DNA from: Phoronis australis
Taxonomy: Eukaryota > Animalia > Phoronida
DNA: 64,000 bases
Assembly (NCBI GenBank): GCA_002633005.1
Contig: NMRA01000144.1
Span: 778,485 to 842,484, forward strand
Direction: 5' to 3'
Under the pieces are notes generated by a model. It ran no database searches. It was not told the DNA's origin and saw nothing but the letters and a program-made list of their open reading frames with translations. Positions 45,801 to 60,800 of the stretch are shown piece after piece; position 1 is the stretch's first letter; every line of letters begins with the position of its first letter. The translations under genes were made by a program, and so were the position numbers.

Positions 45801-48800
45801 TATAACTTAACTTTCATTTTTATCAGCCCAGCCCAGTCAGGCTAGATACGATCTGATTGGAGATTAGAGCAATTATCGCGCGCAGGCCCTCCAATCATAA
45901 ATGCCAGAATGGAGTTAATCAGTCATGTAAGATATTGGCTATGGTGGTAAACTTCCAAACTAGTTGTTGTTGGGCTGTAGAATCGAACAAGTTGGGAGCA
46001 ACAGGATATCGCCGTCATGTCTCTTAGTCATCTGCATATTTCTGTCGTTGTTTATTCACAAATATAATGTTTTTCTATCATTCTATTTTCATTATTATCT
46101 CATCTTTGAACTGCATTATTGTCTAATTGAGCCCTACTTGTTATCGTACGGGACAAAAGACTGAGCTGGGCAGTTAACAAAAGAGCCAGATGTTATCGCA
46201 CGTTCAGCACCCCTCATGTCTGGAAAAGTTACTGAATGACAGAACGCTGTAATGAACTTAGTCCTGATTTGGGGATGGTGCCTGAGAATATCTTTATTTA
46301 TTTTCAATAATATTAAGAATTCAATGTTGAGTTTGCACTTTGTGTATCAAAGCCATAATTGAAAATAAAACAGCAGAAAGGACAGTGTTTTCACAATTCC
46401 ACAATGATGTGGTGAAAAGTTTAAAGGAACATTTAACTAATTCCGTATTTGGACTGTTGCATATGCAACCGGTTACACTCATTAATTCCACACTCATACT
46501 GAAGCCTAGGTGTCGAAATTCGTACTGCGGGTATAGTGTTTGTTGATCCTGGGTGTCGGGGATTGAAGCTGGACGTTAGTGGCGCGGCCTGAGTTGGAAC
46601 CATTTCTACAACCTGAATAACAAAATTAGGTAAAAGTATGAAGCAACGGGAATTGATGATGTAATTGAACTAGATTGTAAAAGTTAGATATGAAGTCAGA
46701 GCTGTTGTATCTTCATGTGTCTTTATAAAATTAAGCTCTGTATAATATAATGACAAATGTTATGTTATTTAATACTGTACTGAAGGGGAATGCCTACAGT
46801 TTTGGTATTCTGTTTCACTATTGAAGTATTCAATAATAATATATAATAACTTTATTTGAACAAAAGGCTACCAACCCACAGTTCACGGTATTATATACAA
46901 ATATTATTCATGCTTACACACTCATGAAAGATTTAATATTTCGTTTCTCATCATTGCCTTTTTATGCGCCCACATATTTATATGTGGACGCATTATGTAT
47001 ATACATTGAAGTATTTTTATGAGCACTTGCTGTTGTCGAGTTAAAAAGAGACCTGATATCATGACAGAGTGGTATGATCTACTCGTTCTGGGCAACGTAA
47101 CATGAAGTGCTCTTCTGTTTCAACCTCTCCTATGTTACAAGTGTTACAAGTTCTTTCACTTCGGGGAATAAATTCTTCTGCTGTTTTCTAATATGTGAGT
47201 GGAACCTCCAACGTTCGCATTCTAAAATATCTGCTGCTGCGTCATCTCCTCCGCAAGACAACTCCGACTAATTCCTCTATAAAATTTGCACTTGTATTTT
47301 GTACTACTAACAACCAACTTTGAAAGCTAACATCTATCAGCCTTTGTTTGAATTCCGACAAAAAATTGTGTTCATCACCGTTCCTGGTTCAACCATATAT
47401 ATGACCGAAACCTGTTGTATACAACAAATTTTAATGCTAGGTACTGTTCCACTGGCGTTGACTATGCATGCAGCATGTTATAATTATCTAATATGCATCA
47501 GTCTTGGCAGGACAAGGTGGAAGTAATTACCAGGAGGGTGCTTGCTCAGTTACAAACACAGGCTTATAATCCTTTTCACCATATTTTTAGTAGGTGTAGG
47601 GTGTATAGTGTGGACCCTTGGCTGAAATAGGTAACGGTTGCTCAGGGGCATGTTATTCTATGGTAACTCATGGTGTGGACTTAGGATTTGTACTTAGCTT
47701 GGAGGTTCTTGACTATATTTTTAAGAAGGGGTTCAACTCATACCCCCAATTAGACATTGGAGGGGAACAGATTTGCAAGAAGTTTTCATGAAACACACCC
47801 TTACGTATAGTTTTTTTTTTCAACAATGCTCTCCTTTTGTAGGGTTTATTCCATAAAACTAACCATTTTCCTCCCTGTCTCTGCGGAATTTATTACCCAT
47901 AAAGCCTGAAACAGTTCAGAAGTAGTTTAAAATGAGTACATCTTTTCCAAGCAAACCTGGTGTTGATTCGTGTAATTGGAAATTCTAACTTTTAGCAGAA
48001 AATCAAGCTCCTTTTGTGTAGAATGAAATTAAAAAGGACTTTTTGGAGGAAACTTGGTCAGAAAAGGCACCCTTTTGTAGGGAATGGGGTTGTGTAAAGC
48101 CCTAATTGAAATGTCCTGTTTACCTCTTCCGTTGGAGTTCCCTCGGGCCTCAAGGGCTTAGACTGCATGATATTATTCACTTGATAGCTTATATAATTTT
48201 ATTTATTTATTTATTTATTCATTTTATTCTTATATGTTGTGTAAGTATTTTACTTTTCAAGTCCAGAGAATTTGCAAAATAGGTTCAGTTTTTGCAGGAG
48301 ACCACATAGCCCCATGAACACAGGCTAAAACCTGAAACAATTGATTTATTGCAATTTTATCTTGCCAGACAATCCGTCGACTTGAAAATGGAGGATTACT
48401 AAATCCAATTGCATGTTGCCAATCAGTTACAGAAACAGATCACACGGCTGTCACTCCTCTTCAATAATTTCACTTAGTCCAATAATGACATTATAGTGTC
48501 AGAAAGTTAATTTAGAACACACAAGGTATTTGATGTTAAGGAAAAACATGAACGCTGACTGAAGAAAAATTACTAAAAATGAAGTCACGCTCTATCAGTG
48601 GCTTCACTATGGATCTCATGCTTTTCATTTATGTGGGAATCGTGTGTCCACTGTGTGGTTCAGCTCTAAAACACAAAGTGCAGACTGCACAGATTGTTAT
48701 ACATTATTGGGTTGCGTAAAATGTTAGAAGTCATCTACCGGATAACTCGGGGTCCGAAGTTTTATCTGTATACTCGAAATTGAAATTGAAATTATAAATT

Positions 48801-51800
48801 TGGCATTTTCCACTCTACTTATGTACGAAAAAGTGTCCGTTATTCTGTGCTTGCGCACCCTGTGGTTTGAGATTCAAGCTACGAATTTGAGTAAAAACTC
48901 CAAATTTCAAGTTCATACTTGCACTGGTTCAACCTTAATGCTGGGGTCATCAAGTGCAAACTAGGATTAGACCATTATCCATTTATGTCATTAGATATTC
49001 AACCATACCACAAAAGCAGAATTAAGACGATGTCAAAGGTAGTTTTGAGTTTGATTTTGAGTAGAAAGATTAGGTGACGGGTCATGATTGCTGCATAACG
49101 TGAAGTGTATGATGTGTAACAGTCACAATGTCAAATGTGGTAATGAGATGGCATTGGTTGATAACCAGGCTATGATTATTCATAATAATAGTAAAAATAG
49201 TAATAAATTTATTAGAATCACATCAGTACAAACAAGTAAAAGGAAAACATAAAAACATAAGACAAAAAATACGTAAAAGTGCCAGACACGGATAACATAA
49301 AAACTCAGACTTATTTCCATTATGGTCCGTAAAAAAGATGAGGTGATTGGGAAACTTTTCTGCACTGCATTAAATTGAGTGTTTCGGTCTAAATTAAGGA
49401 ATTTTTGCCATGATCATAAATGCTCCTTTATTTTACTCAGACAGTGGCACATTTGATAATTATCTTTAAACTGAACTTTACTGTGCCTTGAAAAGTGCCC
49501 TAGTCCCTTTTAACAACTGTGAGTCACAATCATGGCTTTAGTATGTTCATTTTGAATTTGATGTTAATCACGGTTTCCCTCTCCCTTGGGTCGAGCAATT
49601 ATGGGTTGTTCTCAGCTATGTTACTTTCAGTTAAACTGTATTGACTGTCTGATTAACAAGTAAAATCCCATGGATTTTAAGACTTTTCTTTTAAAACCTA
49701 ATTACGTCTCACGTTGTTTTGTCTGGAATTGGGTATTTTGCATTGGTTAGGAATGTCTTAATATTCAGTCTTCAATGAGTCACAACATGCTATAATTTAA
49801 AGACCTCCACCAAGCCACGTTTTATGTACTCTTGAGATGAGTCGGATATTTCTCATTAAGAAAGGTAATCAGTTCTTCTTTGGTTCGTAAATGTTCCTTA
49901 TAAAATGAAAAACTTAATTCAATGTTTATACATGAATGATGATAATAAATTCATCTATTAATTCTGCATACATGCTTGGTTTTCAGGTGAAACTTAAATC
50001 AGCTGAAACGTACATTCTCTCACACGTTTCAACTGTATTCTAAACTTAAAAATAGTCCAGGGCAACATTTTTGACCTGAGCAGAACCCCAATTATAATAT
50101 TCATAAATCGGGCTACCAGATTTTTTGATTTGATGAAAAAAACTGGTCGAAAATGGAAGTTGCTTAACATAATTGTATGACTTGGTGAAATCGTGGTTGT
50201 GATGTAGTAACATCATTTTTAAAATCTATTGGTCTGTTTACACAGACTCTACCCTCTCTGCACATTGGCGCGACAGTTCGGATGATCTCCAGTCAGATGT
50301 TGCAGTGTCATTAGAACAATAGGCATGGGTGCATGTTACACTCATGGTGGACATAGGGAGTGTATTGGAATTAGGAATATAAAACCTTAAGGTGGCCAGA
50401 GAAATGACCAAGAGAAACATACCAATAAGTAAATATGCTTTATCTGAATAGACCATTAGATTTTAGAAAATTATGTAATCATGGCTGTTTATGAGAGGGA
50501 AATGTGTAAAGTGGGAGGAATGAGCTGTATGTTGTTTGAGCTCATTGGTTGGAGTAACTCATCTCTGTAATTACCACTCATAATTCACAGTGAACAAAAT
50601 GCTCGTGGCTCTGACTAATCACCCATCCATGTAGTGTATCATTAACAAAATAATTTTCTGCTGAAGTCCCCTGTGAACATGGTAATTCAAAAAGTTTTAA
50701 TGATTGTGTATATTAAATGTTTGTGTGGTCAAAAATTGTGATTGTTTGCTACATTTTTTATTTGTCATGCGGACTGAAATTTCAACAGTTTTCAAACTCG
50801 GTTCACTCCAGCTTTTAAAACATCTTTAGCCTGATAAATTGAATGTCAGCATAGATCTGATTGTTGTTGTGGGCTAAGATAGTTCTTCAATTATTTCGCA
50901 CAAAAATAATTCCCAAAAATTGTAATTTTTCAAAGCCAGATAACCCCGCTGCAAATGATCAAAATTTCATCCGAAGTTACTTTATATTAGACCAAATTTT
51001 TGTCAATGTTTAATTTTGTTCAAAATTTGACTATATTAAAATTTTCTTGTTAGCCAGTTAATGGTATGACAAATAAGTGAGGAATTATCGTATATCTTGA
51101 ATGTTGCCGAATTCTTCTTTCGTCATGTCCTTATTGTGTTTCAGGCTTTACCTGTCATCAGATCAGGATTTTATATTTCCACAGAGAGCATAGAATAAGT
51201 CAGAATTGTTAGTCTTTTTTCATGTTATATGATGGTCACATTATGTGACCTAGAGTTAGGTCTGAAAGCATATCTGTCCCGACACACTGATTTATAACAG
51301 CACAATGCATAGAATGTTTTTCGGTGAACGGTTGTGAAGAAAATCAAAAGAATTTAAAGGTAACACAAGTTTCTGCCTTGCGTAAAGATCATTTTGCTGT
51401 ATGTACTGTGCAACATCATCATGAATTTCTACCTGTTGTCACAAATCATTCTGTTAATATTGATTTTTATTTTTATTGATTTTGTTATAGACTTTGATAG
51501 AACCATCACTGAAGGAATTCTCAACCAAGGTATCCCAGCAACCAATATCATTCTCATAACTCGGCAGTTCACTGGTGTGCCTGATGATGTTGATGACGCA
51601 TGGCTGAAATGTCACAAGAACTTCATCTGTCAAGAGGTCGATATCGTGTCAGACGAACTCCTCACAAATCTCAAATCCAAGCTGAAAATGAAGACTGTTG
51701 GAGACAATGTTCTGGAGTTTGAAACCCCGTGGAATGACTCTGGAGTAGATGAATCGTATTTGGCATCTTTGGATGAACGGTTCTTTGAACTGGCCAGTAA

Positions 51801-54800
51801 ACACATTGCTGATGCTGTAGAAGAAAAGAAAGCTCAAAACAATAACTTATGTGGTAGGTCCTATAATAGTGTAATATGTCAGTGGTTGAGTTACGCTAGG
51901 TTTTTATTTTATGCAAATGATCTTTTTGATAGCTACTGTTATTGATGTGCCACACAGTAAACTTAATACCAATTACCAGACACCAGCTTCCTGGGACATG
52001 TGTCAGGTTCTTAACAATGTTACTTTTGATGGATTGTTTGACAAACATTTTAGACTCAGCCTGTCAATTCTGCAAAATAACGTTACTTTTCAGTTGTTTT
52101 TTTACATCTTATTTTATGTTTTCATGGAATGGTTTTGGCTAACCAATTTTTACTTAACTTTTACAGTATTTACTATGATTGTGACAGAATACACCAGAAA
52201 AGTAACAACTGGCCATGTAGTCATTGCATTTTCAACTGCTCACAAAAAATGCATTATTTCACCTATTAGACCTGCTCTATTATCTTATATACGGGATTTT
52301 ACCATAGAAATTTTTTCTCAAGAAAGCCTACGCAAAAACTCAAATCATAAAAAATTGCTTTTTCAGGCATTTCCAGTGTTCTGTACAGAGAATTAAGTCA
52401 GCAGCTATCATTCTGCCAGTCCGTAAACCAGTCATTTCAAGGAAGGTCTGACGTTTTGGCCAAGCTCAACCAATATCTGCTCACAGGTCATGTGACCAAA
52501 ACCGAGGATCTCAGCACGCGTCACCCACTCATCCTGCACGGGGAGAGTGGCTCGGGGAAGAGCGCCATCTGTGGAGTGTTGGCAAAAACGTGGCAGGCTG
52601 TTCAAGGATGGGAAATGGGTGTGTGCTGTGCGAGGTGAGGTTTCTGACAATGTCAGCTAGTGTTCGTCTATGATAACACCCAGGTTCAGGCTAAATTATG
52701 TCCACATGCAAAGTTTCCAAATTTTCACTCATTCTCATTGGCTTACCAACTACCTCAATTTGTATGTTTGAGACTGCCTTGAAATGGACTGTCTTTTTCA
52801 ACACCCTTCTCGCGCAAATTGTAGCTCCCAACTACACGAAACTTGTTGACCATTGAATAACAAACGGTCAGAGTTGCAATTGCACCTTTTCTTATTTTGG
52901 TGGCCCGAAAAACGTCCATACTCTCCTATTACACAGCTGTAGGAATATGCCCAAGCTCTGTAAGACCTTATTGTATCGAGTTTCTGTGTACAGCATTATA
53001 GACTTTGTGTGAGGTTATGAACCAAGATTTTGTCCTTTCTTCCCATGCACAGGTTGGAAACTTGCAAGTGGACTATTGTTTTGGTGTCAATCATTAAGTG
53101 ACAAGTGACATCTTATGGCTTTAATTTAAATGATCAATAAAGAATAGATAAATAGGCATAGCTATTGATCATCTTCGAAATCTAAATGCCCTTTTCTTAG
53201 TTTATGAAGACCCTCTTCTGAGAAAATTATTTTGTTCATAGTTTTTTGTGCTTCATGTCGTGAACACATCCACTAAAACAAGAAACTGTAGGAACACCGC
53301 ATTTATCCACCTTCACTCTTATCAGGCTTCTATTGTGAGTCAGCATGCGTGAATAATTGGCTGATAAGCCACCTCTGGAACTACTTTGGGCTCATAACGT
53401 TTAATCGTCATGAGAGACCGTCCGGAGTTGGTATATGGTGCAACTCGGGGCGGTCTGGGGTCTTCAGAAAACCTCAGTTAAACTGTGAGTCTACACCAAT
53501 GTGATAAACGAGAGTAGTTCTACTTGCTGCGTCAGCTGCTGGTATGCTTATCTCTTTTATGACACACAATGTGTGACTGGGCAAAGCGTTTTTAAAATAA
53601 TGTGGATAAATCAGTGGAGTGTGAGACCCCTGAGGTCCCTGTCCAGTCCTCACGGCAATTTTACGTTATGTGAATGGATGACCAGGCCATAAAATGATAA
53701 TTAGCCAAGACCAGTTACTATAATGCAACAAAGGACAAGTAATAATGTCTTGCATCACCTAGCCTTGGTGGAAAGCTGTATACTGTATTGGCTCAAACAA
53801 ACGCTTAGAAAAATTCATTTCACGGGGAGGGGACGCTTATTGTAGTGAGCCTACGGCAGTTGAAACCCGGTTTCCCAAACGGGTAAAATCGGAAGCTAGG
53901 ATTCATCAAATTTACGCTCTGTGACGTATTTGTAGCCTATGACAGCCTTTCTACAAAATTGTGGTGCATTGCTATCAACTTCCGTTGTTAAATTACGATA
54001 ATTTTTCAAAAAATTGTGCTCATCACAGGGCGAAAACTTGCCGACTGATGCGTCGCTGAATCGCGATCGTCAATAGGAAAACTTGTACTCTTGAATAAAA
54101 ATATAGTTTCGACTCAACAAATTACCTGAAATCTTCCTGATGTTTTACAATTTTTAAAGTTCCTGTGGAGTCCAGATTAATTGCGATTAAGTCCAAATGT
54201 GCGCTACATCGTACTCCACAACACGAGAAAAATCTCTGGATGAACACACATGTTGTTGTCACGTGACGTTTGTTTTGAAGGTCGTCTGCGTATGAGAGTG
54301 AGTGAGCGTGCGTGTGCGGGTCATCGACGATAGACTTTTTTGTTACAAAAGGCGGAGGATTATGCAAGAAAATGGCGTTTACTAGATTGTTTTTCACTTA
54401 AACGGCTGTAACGTGCAAGGTGAGTGCGCTCGCAGAGTCACATCTCGGAAGTTTCCGGTTTGACGGATGACAAAGAACGATCTCAATGAAATTACACAAA
54501 GTCGTTTTAGAGCTTGTAATAGCTATACAAAACGTATTTTGAGTATTAAAATGCATTTTTTCCAAAACCTAAATAACACACGGAGTAGTTCTACATTTAT
54601 ACAATCCTAACTTGGGGCCTATATTTTTGTATTCGTGCGCGCCGAATGAAAGTAATCGTGAGTGTTTCTGTGTTGCAAAATCTCTTATCCTGGGCCGATT
54701 TGAAAAATTCAAAGTTGTATTCGTATTTGTTTTCGCTCCTCTTTTCAAATATTACAGTAAAAACTACGTAAAATTCTCTCCATAAAAAGTACAGTTGTTA

Positions 54801-57800
54801 GGCTAGACTGTAATCAGCTGATCATATCCGCATGAGCGAAGTCAATTATCCTCGCTCGTGACTCGATGAATAGAGCAGCTTGGCAGCATCCCTTTGAGCA
54901 TGAGCCGAGCGCGTCTCAGCCAAGGTGGATAAATACGGTCTAGTTCAATTTTCCATACCCCGCCGTTTACCTTAAACACCGGGGTTAGAACCAATTTTAT
55001 TTAGTGGGAATGTTCATAGCATGACTTGCAACTTGGCACAAAAAAACATACACTAAAAGCTTTGTTGACGGAGATTCGACAAGAGTCATGTCTGATGCAT
55101 TCAAAGTGAATGATTTTAGGGACTATATGCTGTTCGTTTAAGAGAAAATTTGATTTATTGTTTTTCTTGTCAAAAATCGACCCTTTGACATTCTTTCAAT
55201 AAGGAATCTCTCACCATACCTATAGTTACATAAGTGAGAGCCATGACTCAAAGTGGCCATCATGGAATATCTAAGGACTTAGGGACAACTGGTATAACTT
55301 GGACACACTATTATTGAATTGAGCAAACTAATCCATCAAGAGAGCGAAAGAGTGAAAAATACTGATTAGTTTGGCATCTTAACCATATCAGCTTAATGTG
55401 TATAGGCGTGACATTGCATATAATGTACTGAACAAAGTCTTGCCATTTGCTCAGGACTGTTGCCATCCCTGGTAGGTGTACTGGCTATATTCAGCATGAT
55501 ATATCATTATTTATTGGAGGGATCATCTAAATCAGATACTCTGTTGTTATGACCTGGTCTGATGTCATTATAGTCTTGTGTTGGTGAAATCTTACACACA
55601 GTGTGAGTTTTCACAAAACTTCTCCGCCTGTACCATTGGTAAAGCTTTAAGTTGTAAATTGCTGAATCTCTTTATTATTTTTCAGGTTCGTCGGAGCTAG
55701 CTCACTGCCCAAAACTATGCTGGCAACTCTTCATAGCATCTGTCAACAAATAGACTCCGCCTATAGCCTCAGTCTCACACAGTTCTGCAAGGTACATGTA
55801 TTTCACATCTTGATGGGGAACAAGTTTATCTCATACATTTAAACTTTGTTATATCAATATTTACAGATTCCAAGAGGTAGGTTATGCTGGTGCTGGTTTA
55901 ATATATGTACCATACCATAGGTTTTACCTCATCACCATATACGTAAATGAGCTTCTAATCCAACGCTTTTCTGTAACTGCATGCGGTGATATAGGCTTTT
56001 CTATTCTCACAATTTCTAGCATAGTTTTCAAGTGCAATCTTTTAGAGCACCTGAGATCTGGTTTGCCCGTGAATGGGATTATCTATATATCTTCTTTATT
56101 GTATACATGGTCACCAGACTACAGAATTTAAATGTCAGAACACTTCTGGGACATGGTGTTAAATCCTTTAAAACATGTTCATACTTTCAAACATAAATTT
56201 TACTTGTTTGACATACATACTAGATCTGTGACAGCAGAAGTGCACAGTCCTGGATGCATTGTGTGTTTTTAGACTATTTGAAGTCTCTTAATTTATCCTC
56301 TATCTTATTTGAGCAATAGTAATGAAAATACATTTAATCTGTTAACAGAATGGTAAGCAGCTTTATACAGCCATAAAAGAAACAATCTCATCCCAGCCGC
56401 CTCAGCACCCTCTATTGGTCATGATTGATGGCTTTGATCAGCTTGTAGATGGCGATGTTGAGTCGTTGTCATGGTTACCCAGGGATCTTCCACCTAATGT
56501 CAGAGTGATCATCTCATCTTCTAAGCCGGATGTATTCAAAGTAAGATTTGCCATTGATAAACATTATTTATCAACTTGTAAGTTGTTTTGAGAATCACTG
56601 TATTTTGTTATGAATAGGGCCAACGGTTTTGAGTCACGTTTTGACATATTGTCTTTTACTTTAATATCCATGAAATGTGTTTTTAATGGTGAGGTTTTGG
56701 TACTGTGGTTCAGCCTGCAGTTACCTCCATCGTTGCCAGAGTTAATATTGTCAAACTGTTCTCAACTCAGGTGATAAAGAGCACTTTTTTCTTGTGGGAA
56801 GGTGAGTGAATGTTAAGTGAATCGGACGTGTGATGGTGATCCTCTCGTGCAGTCCGAGTTGAATGCAATACACTTGACAGGACTGCATGCAGAATTTTGT
56901 GTATTATGACTGGAAAGCAAAGTTCATTGATCATTTGGGTAATTAGTACGATTAGTGGCTTAGAATTTTGCAGAGGGTTGTAAATTGTTTGTGTCATTCA
57001 CACACAATAAGTCTTTTGAAACTGATATGCAAGGTTAGTGAAAACAGTTTTGTGAACCCTGCTCTTAGTCATATAACTGTCACTGTAGGTCTATGCAACG
57101 AAGGGTTTATGGTCCTGGTTGAGAATATAACTGTTTTATTACCTCCTATTGATTCTAAATACCCAAGCCCAGAATGATATCTGTTTTTTCTATCAAGATC
57201 TAATTTTTGTCACAGACAATGGCTCAAACTGAAGCATTTTTCTCACTCTGTGCCTTGCACTTTGTCATTTCTGTTTTATAAGTTCATCAAAACTTAATTG
57301 GTCTCATTAATCACTAAACTAACTGCTTAGACATACTTGTGTTTATTTCACATTTCTAATCTTATTCTGACATCTGTTATCATTTCAGAACATCGTCACA
57401 GACAATGACTACTACCTTAGTGTGCGACCTCTCAATGTAGATGAATGTTCGGCCATTTTGGGCCATGCACTGACATCGCACAACCGCACATTAACCTCTG
57501 AACAGAAAAAGTCTATTGTTAACGATTTAACTACTCAAGGTTTGGCACTGTATGCCTGCACTGCGGCGGACATTGCCCGAAAGCTGAGTAGCTTTTCTGT
57601 GGACAATTTGTCTTGTGATAGTATTCAGGAGCTGGTCTGCCAATTACTTGACAAACTCGAATCAATACACGGCAAGGAGATTGTTTCCTGTATTATCACT
57701 TATCTATGCATCACCTGCAATGGGCTGTCAGATACTGAAATACTAGACTTGCTTTTCTGTGATAACCGCGTCAGTGACTCTTGCAAAGAACAACAGTTGC

Positions 57801-60800
57801 CGAGGAAATCGTGGCCCGTTCTGCGTGGACAACTGACCGGACTAGTGATCTGTCTCACTTCCCAGGCTGCCTCTGTTTATGTTTTGGCTAATCGAGCAGT
57901 GAAAGATATTGTTGAACAGAGGTATGCTGTCAAACTTCTTGGTTCCAGAGAAATATTATTGAAGTATTTCAGTGGACAGTTGGGGTCTTGTTGTGTTATG
58001 GAGAGTCGTAGACACTGCCTGGAACTACCATTAATGCTGTCACTGGCACAGATAGGTAATGCAAAAAGTCTCTTATTTGATATTGATTGGCTGTCTCGCA
58101 AGCTTGTTTCAGCGGGAGTCTTCAGCCTGCTTTGTGATGTTTACCAACTTAGGCTCCAAGATTCCACTTGTAAAGACTTGGAGTTGTTACAAACCTTACT
58201 CACATCGTCATCACTGTGCCTGTTGAGTCACCCTAGTCATCTACCACTGAAACTGAAGACACTTCTTGAACCCCAGCTACAATCGCAGGACTGTCCTTTA
58301 TTAAAAGGCCTGTGCAATGATCTACAGGGGACATATATGCTGCCTTCAGCAGAAATCTTAGCAGAGACTTGTGGTTTAAGGTCAGGTGACGACATAAAGA
58401 AGTCTGTAATCATGGGTATCTTCCGCATTCCTTCCTGTCCGAATCATGTGGTTTCTGTTGCAACAGACAAAGGCGAAGTAAGTGTTTGGGATGTCAAAAG
58501 TCAAAAGCTGATGCGGTGTCTTTCTGGAGTGGCCTTGCCACGTAATGTCAAAATGGTGGATGCCGACAAAGCTGTTGTTCTTTGCAACCGTGAACTGAAG
58601 GTGTACAATCTCAATGAAGGCACTATGCAGGCAAAGATGAAGGGGGTGCTGAATGTGAAGATGCCGTACTTCGGTATTCATGATGCTGACCATGTGGTGG
58701 CCCTGTCACGAAACAGGATGTATGTGAACATCATGAACATGCACACAGGTGACATGGCTGCCACATTCAAGGTCGGTGAGGATCGTTTTCTCAACAGCCT
58801 CGTTGTCAGTCAGAATGGTAACATGTGCGTCTGCGGTGATGAGGTTCAAAAGCCATTCCCACTGCTTGTCTGGGATCTGCCCAACCGGAAGCTAGTACAT
58901 GACTTCCGTATTGCCGGCCACGAATTCTGGACAGCCATGTCAGCCATTACTAATGATGGTCACTACTTTGTCTGTGTCTGTAAGGTATGTGGAATTTTCT
59001 TTTTGGACAAATTGTTCAATTTAAAGGTATATTGAGTGTTGTTTTAGTAATATGACTGTTACCTTGAGACATCCTGTTTCACAAAATGACGAGTGTCTAA
59101 CGTCTTGATTTGATTTTGCTCACCTCATTAATGTCATAAAACTATGTGCCTGTTGTCTGTTGGCAGTCCGGTCAGCTGGCTCTTCATTGTGTTAGCAGGG
59201 AATGGGATAATTGAAGCTTGCACTTTAGTGCATAAATTTAATTGGGTTTTGACTTGAATTTTCACCTGTACTTAAGATCTGCCAAGAAGCCCACCTCCCA
59301 CTATTTCTGAATTTTGTTTTTTTTTTTAAGTGCACATCCTTGGCTTAACACCCACTTCGAGTTTGCGATTGAGACTTCCTTTTGAGTTCCCTAATTTAAT
59401 CACCCCTGGGCATCAGTGTTAATAGCCTTTTCCTGTACAGTGCTGATTTTGTTCACGTTGTTTTGCTGTCCGACGATGATTTTTTAGTAAATGAACGACC
59501 ATATTTTGCAACAACAAATGGGAAGTAGTGGTCAATGATATATATTAAAAACAGCCTTGCATTAGACATTCTGTACAAAGTGCCCTTTGCTATACCTATA
59601 CATTTCAAGCTTAACTGTGGCTGTTTTACTTTGTCATAGGTCATGAGCCTTTTTATTTTTTATTATTTATGTTGTTGACTTTGATATTTGCTTGGTTTTC
59701 ACTTGGCAGGAGCTGGATGAGCCAGCACCCAACTTCCTCATTGTCTACGACTTGCAGAGTGGTCAGCTGTTTAAGAAGTGGAAGCCCGAGTCCAACACAA
59801 CAGCTGTGGCCATCTCATCTGAGAGTAACCTGGTGGTCAGTGCCTGTGAGGACATGTCAGTCATAGTCTGGGATATGGTGGCTGGCTCTGCCAGGTAACT
59901 TGTTAATGAGCTCATGTGCTCTTTAGGAGTTAGTGCCTTTATGGAGAATGTGATGTGCAAATCAACATGAATAGAATACGGGAATTAGTTTGTGTGGATT
60001 TGATGTAGTAATAGGGCCATCCTGGATTACACGGCGGTAGAACTCCCCTTTATTTCGGAGTTAAGAAAGCACGTGACCTCGTTTTGTAAATCAGGAACAT
60101 TTTTATGTCTCACTTTGATGTCAGGAAGGCGAAGAATTTCACATCCCACTTACACGGGTGTTTGTCCAGTTAATAAACTTTCTCACGTCGAAGTTGCAGC
60201 CCACAGCACAGCTGGCAGTAATCATGACTTTGTTGGCATTGGAAGCAGAATAATGCAACTGAGGAAAACTTGTAAAGAATCAGACAACAACAAATAACTT
60301 ATGATAACTCCAATGGCATAAAAACGAGGTACATAATGTGCCTGACAGATGTTCACTGCATGGTGGGTAAATACAGTGAGGTTAGAGTGATGCCGTGGAA
60401 TCTGGGATGGCCCTATTGATCTCATAAAGGCAACAAAAAGTATTACTTGTGTGCGTTAAGTTAGTTGAGTACGACATACATTTACTGGAAATTAAATTAT
60501 GAAAGATTTTTTAGGTTTGAAGCTAAAATTAAAATATGCGTAGTGTTACGTCATGATGCTATTAAACCGTTTATGCTGTAGATAAATTTGTGTGTGCAGT
60601 TGAATCATTTCACATTAAGGGAAAGTAATGTTAGGAAAAGCATAAACATTGGTGAAGTTAATGTGCCATGATCAGTTGTCACTGTAAAATCATCAGAATG
60701 TTCTAAGCTGATTTATGTTTTGTGTACCTACTGCAAAATGGATGTGAATGTGTACAGACTAGCTTCAACTTACACTTAGACGGCAGTATAGTATCATGAA

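Noticed and set aside
45293-46601. Older outer TIR element around the 45493-46260 MITE
   Set aside because: Only patchy inverted similarity and no TSD; boundaries cannot be supported.
57422-59035. 537-aa ORF as a stand-alone gene
   Set aside because: It is internal exon 9 of the NWD-like gene, bounded by splice sites at 57388 and 58985.
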